A program made the translations under genes and the position numbers. 64,000 bases of DNA. Origin: Eledone cirrhosa (taxonomy: Eukaryota). The notes below the pieces were generated by a model. The model did not search any database. It had not been told where the DNA came from and saw only the letters and a list, made by a program, of their open reading frames with translations. Positions within the stretch are counted from its first letter, which is position 1. Each line of letters begins with the position of its first letter. The stretch covers positions 28,520,001-28,584,000 of the forward strand of contig OZ024746.1 in the NCBI GenBank assembly GCA_964016885.1, written 5' to 3'. This document shows, piece by piece, positions 55,198 through 64,000 of the stretch.

Positions 55198-56510
55198 CAC
55201 ACATACACATACACACATATATACACATGCATATATACACATATATATATACATACACACATATATATACACACACAATCTTACATTCTTATTTGCATGC
55301 GCATATATGTATTTTTATATTCAGATATAAATACCCAAACATATATACACCTACCTACATATATATTCATACATACACGCTTACAAACACAGATGATAAT
55401 AGTATGGGGGAAAGGGGGGGGTTGGAGAAGGGGATTATAGTAAATATATGTTTCAAGAAACATAGAATATTATCCGTATCTGGATCCAATGTATGTTTTT
55501 ACATAGTTTCAGTGTTAGGAAATACAATAAATAAGAAATAAGGCAAAATTTATGCATTTCAAAATAAATAAGTATACCATTAATTATATGTTAACTAAAC
55601 TAAAGATAGTTAACATATTGATTTCTAAGGTGTAAATTAGTTAGGTTTATAATATTTGAAGCAGAATTTTGAAGTTAAATAGTAGTAGAGTATTAATTAT
55701 AGTATAACTAAATTAAAGTTAATAACGTTATGGTATCAATATTAGGAAATGAATTTAGTAATAGGGAAAAAACAAATAAAGTATTACATCGGTAGTAGAA
55801 AATAAATTATAGGTTAACTAAATTAAAAATTATATATTTATTTCTATAGTATATGTTAATTAGGTATATAATAAATAAAATAGATATTGTATTTTATCAA
55901 TAGCAGAATATAATTATATGCAAATAGAAATCAAAATTAATACATATACATATACATATACATACACATATATATATACATATATATACATATATATATA
56001 TATATACACACATACACACACATACACATACACATACATATATACATATACATATTTTTTCAAAAATTGCAAAGAATATATTAACTAGGTATATATCCAA
56101 AACACATCCCATTCTATGATTACATGACATTCTGCAATTCGTCTGTATAAGGATACTAATTTTAAGCCAATTAAATTAAATTTTTAGGTTGACTAAATTT
56201 AAAACCAAATTATAAATATATTTCTAAAATGTATATTAATTAGGTCTATAATACTAAAAATTATTTCTCTGTCATTGGATACACGATAATTTGTTATATT
56301 TTATCTGTAAAGGAATTATAATAAAAGGTTTAAATAAATTAAAATTAATCTATAAATTAAATTACTAAGTATATATTAGTAATATTTAAAGGTTTTTCAC
56401 AATTTATGATTACATAATATTTTATATTCTCATCTGTAATAGAATTTTAATTAAATTAAATTTATAGGTTAACCAACATTTAAATTAAATTAATTTCTAA
56501 AATAATGTTA

Positions 56511-58367
56511 TTAATTAGGTTTATAATATTTAAATGTTTTTTTTAGTTTATGATTACACGATATAATTAATTCCTGTCGTTTATTTAATAGGATATCCTT
56601 AGATTTCATTATTTCAAATAGTTCTTGGGAACATAATCTACATTCATTTCTATTATTTTGATAAGGGGTGGCTCTTTTGAGCACACTCCAGGTCAAATCA
56701 TATTCTATATTCTTATTTTTATAACTATTGATTTTTTCTGCTAGAGATGTTGTATTAGCCAGTGCGGCATTTTTAAAACTATGCTTGTGGGTATTAAACC
56801 TTGTCTTAAAATTGTTAGAGGTAGCTCCTATATATGAGCAAATAGAATCTTTAGTTTTAACATTACATTTATAGACTATGTTGTTAACAAGACAATTCCC
56901 TTTTAATGGGCAGTTTGCTTTGTTTCTACAGTTACAACCTTTCGTTAATTCTGTATTTGAGGAGATATTATGGTTAATTTGATGTACTGGTGGTATACTT
57001 ATGGTTTTCTTACATTTATATGCATTATAGGCGCTTATATTTTGTTTTATGTTATTTGTTGTAGAGTATGAGCATTTAACTGTAGACCTATTTAAGATTT
57101 GATGGTATTTGTGGTTTGGCGGGAAGTTTTTCTCTAGGATATAAAAAAATTTTTTAGCAATATTATCCTTAATTTGTAAATTAAAAGGAGCATTATACCA
57201 AGTAACCCGTCTATTACGGTTTCTATGCTGTTTATTATTTTTATTATTTTTATAGGTTGTATCGTGATTTTTACTAGGAGGATTAATGTTAATGATCTCA
57301 CCACAACCATTTTTAGTTATATTTGTAGATTTAGGTGTTTTATCCTTTTTATTAGGAGTTTTATTATTAATATTTATTAGAGTTGTATGATGAGTAGTTT
57401 TTTGAGAGTTACTATACTTTATATTAGAAGATTTGGTATTTTGGGGTATAGTGTGGGTGGCATTTAGGTGTGTACTTTTCATTTGGTGTTTGTTGGTAAT
57501 ATTAGGTTGTATGCTTTCAGTATTTTTAGTAGAAGGTATATATTCTAATCTATTTTTGTGGCCACTTCTATCTAGAGCTTCGTTATAGAAGGTCGCATTT
57601 TTATCAAATACATCTTGGTTAGAAGAAAGGTTAGAAATTCTAAGTGATATATTATATGCAAGGTTTTTAAGGATAGATTTAGGGTGATTAGATTGTGAGT
57701 GTATGTAATGTAAGTTTTGGTTTGGTTTATGGTAAGGTTGGTAGATACCCGTAGCTAAATCTAAAGTTATATCTAGGAAATTTACTACTTTACTTGTTTT
57801 TTCAAAAGTAATATTAAGATTATAATAGTCTTTAAGGAAAGTTCTAATATGTTTTTTGTTTTTTTCAATTTCTGAAAGGCTAAGGTTGTTAGAAAGAAGA
57901 AGACAGTCATCACGATATAAACCACCTTTGAGGTGGGGAAAGGAGGCATTTATGTTGAAAAGGAGAAAGAGGCCCACAAGATCAGTAATTTGGGCGGAAT
58001 CGCTTGAACCCATAGTAATATCAAATAGATTACTATATGTGTTTCTGGTCCAGTATTCATTCTGAAATTCAATAAGTGTTAGTCTAGCATGTGTAATAAT
58101 ATTAATGTCATCCAAAGTTAAGTTAGATCTATTTTTAGCAAATATCAATGCTTTGTTCAGGAGTATAGGTGATATAGAAGAATAGTAATTATCTATATCA
58201 AATTGTAGAAATGAAGCAGAAGATTTACATCTAATATTTTTAAACCAGTTAATTACCTGGGAGGTGTTTTCCCAGAGTGGTAAAATAACGTGTTTTCTTA
58301 TTTGTGGGATGACTCTATCCAAAATTTTTTTGCTAATTATTCCAATATCTGATTTGGAGGGACATAT
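56511..58367 (-). CDS. Penelope-like (Naiad-type) retroelement RT + GIY-YIG endonuclease, uninterrupted but 5'-truncated
   Basis: [41 protein letters not shown] (RT/thumb); WYNAPF...NFPPNH...[10 protein letters not shown]; [15 protein letters not shown]; NIVY...YIGAT...KTRFNTH...CRLC..E...LNKR (GIY-YIG). The frame stays open upstream ([17 protein letters not shown]) until (TA)n. Confidence 0.92.
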   Translation of the reverse strand: MCPSKSDIGIISKKILDRVIPQIRKHVILPLWENTSQVINWFKNIRCKSSASFLQFDIDNYYSSISPILLNKALIFAKNRSNLTLDDINIITHARLTLIEFQNEYWTRNTYSNLFDITMGSSDSAQITDLVGLFLLFNINASFPHLKGGLYRDDCLLLSNNLSLSEIEKNKKHIRTFLKDYYNLNITFEKTSKVVNFLDITLDLATGIYQPYHKPNQNLHYIHSQSNHPKSILKNLAYNISLRISNLSSNQDVFDKNATFYNEALDRSGHKNRLEYIPSTKNTESIQPNITNKHQMKSTHLNATHTIPQNTKSSNIKYSNSQKTTHHTTLININNKTPNKKDKTPKSTNITKNGCGEIININPPSKNHDTTYKNNKNNKQHRNRNRRVTWYNAPFNLQIKDNIAKKFFYILEKNFPPNHKYHQILNRSTVKCSYSTTNNIKQNISAYNAYKCKKTISIPPVHQINHNISSNTELTKGCNCRNKANCPLKGNCLVNNIVYKCNVKTKDSICSYIGATSNNFKTRFNTHKHSFKNAALANTTSLAEKINSYKNKNIEYDLTWSVLKRATPYQNNRNECRLCSQELFEIMKSKDILLNKRQELIISCNHKLKKTFKYYKPN

Positions 58368-58391
58368 ATTTATATATATATATATATATAT

Positions 58392-58508
<117 letters not shown>

Positions 58509-58574
58509 CTCTTCGTCATCATCATCATTATTATTATCATCATCATGCTTTGAAGCATAGAGTTACCACCCTGT

Positions 58575-58695
58575 ATGATCTGAGTTCAAATCCCGCCGAG
58601 GTTAACTTTGCCTTTCATCCTTACGGGGTCGATAGAATAAAGTACCAGTAATGTACTGGGGATAATTGCTGGCCTTGTGCCAAAAGTAGAAACAC
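58575..58695 (+). mobile_element. SINE family A, 5'-truncated
   Basis: TCTGAGTTCAAATCCCGCCGAGG...GCCAAAAGTAGAAAC. Confidence 0.85.
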
Positions 58696-58696
58696 T

Positions 58697-58972
58697 CATT
58701 ATTATTATCAACATCATCATCATCATCATCATCATCACCACGGACATCATCATTATCATCATCATCATCATCATCATCGTCGTCATCATTATTATTATTA
58801 TTATTATTATCATCATCATCATTATCATCATCATCATCATCATTATCATCAAATATCATAAATATCATCATCATCACCATCATCATCATCATAATTCTCA
58901 TTATCCTCAACATCATCACCAACATTATTATCATTATCATCACCATCATCATCATCTTCATCATCATCATCA

Positions 58973-59006
<34 letters not shown>

Positions 59007-59180
59007 CATCATCGTCATCATCGCCGCCACCACCACCACCACCACCACCATCATCATCATCTTCATCGTTATCATCGACATCGTCATCATCATCATCATC
59101 TCCATAATCCTCAATATCATCATCATCGTCATCATCGCCGCCACCACCACCACCACCACCACCACCACCACCACCACCAT
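58697..59180. repeat. (ATC)n/(ACC)n trinucleotide tract
   Basis: Direct inspection. Confidence 0.9.
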
Positions 59181-59829
59181 TATGATTATGATGGTGATGA
59201 TGATGATTATGATGACCATGATGATGATTATGATGGTCAATGATGATGATTTTGATGGTCATGATGATGATTATGATGGTCATGATGATGTTTATGATGG
59301 TCATGATGATGATTTTGATGGTCATGATGATGATTATGATGGTCATGATGATGTTTACGATGGTCATGATGGTGATTATGATGGTCATGATGATGTTTAT
59401 GATGGTCATGATGATGATTTTGATGGTCATGATGATGTTTATAATGGTCATGATGATGATTATGATGGTCATGATGATGATTATGATGGTCATGATGATG
59501 ATTATGATGGTCATGATGATGATTTTGATGGTCATGATGATGATTTTGATGGTCATGATGATGATTATGATGGTCATGATGATGATTATGATGGTCATGA
59601 TGATGATTTTGATGGTCATGATGATGATTATGATGGTCATGATGATGATTACGATGGTCATGATGATGATTATGATGGTCATGATGATGATTATGATGGT
59701 CATGATGATGATTTTGATGGTCATGATGATGATTATGATGGTCATGATGATGATTATGATGGTCATGATGATGATTTTGATGGTCATGATGATGATTATG
59801 ATGGTCATGATGATGATTTTGGTCATGAA
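59181..59829. repeat. 21-bp minisatellite GATGGTCATGATGATGATT(A/T)T
   Basis: Roughly 28 tandem units, translating as DGHDDDY/F in one frame. Confidence 0.92.
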
Positions 59830-59916
59830 TTATATGACATGTTTGCGAATACAGCTAAAAGCTATAAAGACAATACACACATGCACACACACATAGATGC
59901 ACATACATACACACAC

Positions 59917-60026
<110 letters not shown>

Positions 60027-60177
60027 GTGTCTGTGTGGGGGGTATGCGGATAACAGAGTAAAGACTTGGTATACGATATCCAAGGGTTAGAACACTCAGT
60101 ATATATAAGTGGTTTAGTCGATTATACCGAAACCAACATAAACAAAGACTAAACACACAAGCACATACATACAGACA

Positions 60178-60208
<31 letters not shown>

Positions 60209-60214
60209 AACTCT

Positions 60215-60287
<73 letters not shown>

Positions 60288-60743
60288 TAGATACAGATAT
60301 ACGTATATGGGTGGCTGTGTACGTGTATGAATGCATTGTACGTCTGTGCTACACTAAATACAATATCATAATTTAATGTTAACAAATTTCTATGCAGTTT
60401 CTCTTGTCAAGTTTCTAAATGAAATTATCAACGGTATTACTTAATTTAAACAGAGCAGATATTATCCAAAGTGTCAATATTTTACGTCTACTATCATCAT
60501 TGGCATGGATTGTTTGTTGGTAACGTTTGTAATTAGATTCTTTCTTTACATAAAGACGTGTCTGCTGTATGATGAGGTTTATACTTACTGCTAGTAAATA
60601 AATAGAAAAAAATCGAAGAAAGCACCCAACGACCAGCTTAATATGATATACATGAAGCTAGCTATGAATTTATACGGTAATATTTGTTGTTTTAAAATAT
60701 ACCTTTTTTTAAAAAAAAATCATATGACTTCTAGTTATATATG

Positions 60744-60787
<44 letters not shown>

Positions 60788-60788
60788 A

Positions 60789-60826
<38 letters not shown>

Positions 60827-61849
60827 TACAAGGTTATTTGTCGCCAATATACGTAACATCTCAATGAAAAGATCGCTAAAATATATGTAATACTGTTTCT
60901 TGATTGGCTGTGGCAACTGCAGTAAGAAGACACAGTGAAGCTTTCTACTTTTAGATTACTTTTCTCGAGGGAAAGATACTTGTGAAGTTTTCTTGTTTTA
61001 GATTACTCTACTGGGAATCTTACCGTCGGCGACGTTGTGTAAGATATTCTTTATACATATATATAGTTGAATATCGGAGAAAGTTATATACAAAACAAAG
61101 ATTATAGTTAAAAGCTGAAAGTGAAAAACAGAGAAGTATATTTAAAGATTATTTTTTCTTTAATCCGCAGAATGAATAATTTCATAATTGTTGCATCAAA
61201 TATAACCGGTTTCGATTAGTATAACAACTTTATCAAACATTAGATATTAAATATTGAATATTTAAAAAAATGTTTTTCGTATATTCTGTGAGCAGTTCAA
61301 CTTTATGTGCGTTTTCTATCAAAGTTTCTTCTTAAATATATGTTCTTTATGACGGTGTGTTGGTGAAGCTGAAGGTGGGGTTCAACAGGTTAAGAATTCA
61401 ATTGAATTCAATTGTTTGAAAATAGAAAATGTTCTTATCATTCATACTAATGGACCAGATGGCATTTTACTGTGTGTGTATGGTGGTGGTGGTGGTGGTT
61501 GTGGTGGAATTAAGGTGGTGTTCAGTTGTGCTGAAAGGTCAATTTAGGTGCGGATATAGAATTAATCTTTTGTCTTGTGATATGTGTGTATTTACCTCTT
61601 GTATCAAGAGAATAAAATTGCTTTTGTGGGGAGTTGTAGATAAAAGTAAGGATAAAAATATAAATATAGATATAATCCTGATTTAAAGGTGACCTGGGAG
61701 TGTTGAAGATGTTAGGTTCCTTGAGGATTTGCAGAAGAAAAGAAAGAGAAAAGAAGAGAGTAAAAATTAATAATAATGAAGAAAAACATTAGAGACGGCA
61801 CAAAACAGTAAAGGACGAGACAAAGTGGGTTTTGGTCATGTAAACAGGT

Positions 61850-64000
61850 TATAACAAAATTGGGCTAGAAATCAAAAAAATTCAAACAACAAAAATTCCC
61901 CAAAAAGGCGGAAACCTCCGAGGGTGACTCGTGGCGAACACCACACAAAAGACCACGACCATCCTGACCACCAGGGCAAGGGCCCTCTCTCTGTTTTACA
62001 TTCCTCAGTCTATAGGCGCATACTCAGAGTGGGCCCATTCACTCGGACCAGACTCGCCACTTTCACACACCTTTCAACAAACTTACTAGAAGACAGCACT
62101 TGCCTCTCCACCATGATTTTCCTCTTCAAGTGAAATTTGAAAAAGTTAATCAGGGATTGGCCGGAGAGGAAAGTGTCCGTATTCAACCCTTTCAACCTTG
62201 TCCACCACACAATCTCTTTCGCCATGGCCACCAGGCAGATGAAAACTACCTGCCCTTCCTCCTCTTTAAAGGAGGATGGCGGGGCTATCTGCACAATGGA
62301 CTCAGTCGATAACCGGATCCGTCCAACACGCGACAGTAACTGTTTGACATAGCTCTGCAAGTCAGCAAACCTCGGGCACTGAACGAGTGCGTGCAGGACG
62401 GTTTAATCCCCCTGCGCACATATCGGGCAGGCTCACCTGACAGCACCTCCATGCCTGTATCCCGAACCGGCAACGCTCCCCGGTAGCTCTGCCAGGCCAG
62501 GGATTTCTGGAAGTTGTCCATAGGCCCCGGTCTGAAAGTTCTCTTGAAGAGAGCAAACAGCTGATCGTCTTCGACACCCAGGATCTCCCCGAGAGCGTCG
62601 TCACTCTTTCCCTCCACTAGCCATCTATAGAACAACGAGGTGGATGTTCCACCGATACTAGTGCCCAGCTTATAGAGGGCGGTGAGCGCTTGGAGACATT
62701 CCAGCTTCCAAGCACTATCCCTCGGTCTTTTCCTGATTCAGGACTGCAGCTCCGTCAAGGAGACGGGCTGGGGCAAAGCGCGTCTGACAAACAGCGACCA
62801 CACCTGTTCACCGTCAAGGAAGCACCAGAGATGTCGCAGCCTCAGCGCATGTTTGCGCATCATCAGCGAGGGCATGCCTAGTCCTCCACGCAACGGGTGT
62901 TGACAACAAACGGATCGTCTGACCATGGGAGCATGTCCGTTCCACAAAAAGCGGAAGAGAAGGCGCTCCATTTTGGAGTTGGGCGGGGGCAAGGTACGAC
63001 GGTCTGGAGGTAGCAGATGACGGACGCGATGTACGCATTCGCCACCTCTGCCCGACCTTTCAGAGACAGCCTCCTCGGCCCATTTCTGGGTGAGAGAGGC
63101 TACCATGCAGGTCACCTCGCTCCAGCGTTTCTCCATCTGGAAGTCCAGACCGAACCAGACCCTGAGCAATTTAACCGGTCCTTCCGTCCAGCGCCCCACG
63201 ACGCTATCAGACGTGTGAGGTGACCATTCACCCTCACAACCGAGCAGACGTCGCTGTGCATTGCAACGATCCAGCCCTAAAAACGGGCCCGAAGTCGGCC
63301 GCCTCGAGGACCGCAGCCAGGTACCGGTGGTCGACCCTATCAAATGCTTTAGATTGATCCAAGTTGATCAGGGTCCCGCCCGTGCCAGGTTCCTTAACCA
63401 CCCTCTCTATAATGTATCGCATGAGATGGAGCTTGTCATGGATGGATCTGTCCGGAATGGCGCATGTCTGCGCCTCTCCTACCAGATCACCGACGACAAG
63501 CGCCAATCTCTTTGCTAACACCTTGGCCAAAATCTTAAACTCTACGTTTAGCAGAGCTAAGGGCCTGAAGTTATCTATAACGTCACCCTTATTCGAGTCT
63601 TTTCTCAGCAGCGCCACCGCTCCCCGGCTCAAAAAACTGGGAATGTTTCGGTTCTGCTGCCAGTTGCAGTAGACATCCGCCAAGAGGTCGCCGAACAACT
63701 CTGGCATGTATGCATAAAGCTCGTAGGGCTGACCATCCAAACCTGGCGATTTACTCGTCATGCAGTCAGACATCGCTACCCGTATTTCAGCTGCTTTTAT
63801 TGGCTTTTTGCAGCACTGCGCTGCGGTGGTCGAGAGCCGCGGCAGTCCGTCGAGGTATGCACCGAAGTCCATACTCTGATCCGGCCCGCCGCCGCTCCCG
63901 CACAATTGAGCAAAGTGCTGTTGAAAAGCCGCACACATCTGCTCGCGTTCGAGCAGCATGCGCCCGTTTTGATCAGGCAAAGACCGAATTGTGGACTTGT
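61850..64000 (-). mobile_element. second, more decayed L1/Tx1-clade LINE (RT and C-terminus), continuing beyond the window
   Basis: KSPGLDG, NFRPLALLN, DQSKAFDRVDH, GRWTEGPVKLL, PMDNFQKSLAWQSYRGALPVR, MAKEIVWWTR. Clearly homologous to but diverged from the 40-45 kb element. Confidence 0.9.

Noticed and set aside
56511-58367. Selenocysteine recoding as reported for some Naiad elements
   Set aside because: No in-frame TGA in the visible ORF, which ends at TAA. No SECIS recognised by eye.

Overview
AT-rich, microsatellite-dense eukaryotic DNA with no recognisable host protein-coding gene. The SINE families and repeat landscape suggest a coleoid cephalopod (Octopus-like) intron or intergenic region; this is an inference. 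Almost all ORFs in the track are artefacts of (TA)n, (CA)n, (GA)n or (GAT)n repeats. The real coding remnants are all mobile elements: a near-full-length L1/Tx1-type LINE inside a (GATA)n tract (40.0-45.65 kb, -), a second Tx1-like copy running off the right edge, an uninterrupted ~600-aa Penelope-like (Naiad-type) RT + GIY-YIG ORF (56.5-58.4 kb, -), further Penelope-like fragments, a mariner relic with both TIRs, an R4/Dong-type fragment, RTE fragments and many tRNA-type SINEs. The most striking signal, invisible in the ORF track, is a dense set of minimal type-I hammerhead ribozyme motifs (CUGANGA-stem II-GAAA-mostly palindromic stem III-NUH). They belong to about eight distinct short families, almost all lodged in (TA)n tracts and mostly arranged as fold-back inverted repeats. 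One family has a ~115-nt stem II. In several copies the inversion centre falls inside the ribozyme, once exactly at the predicted cleavage site. All coordinates and base-pairings were read by eye.
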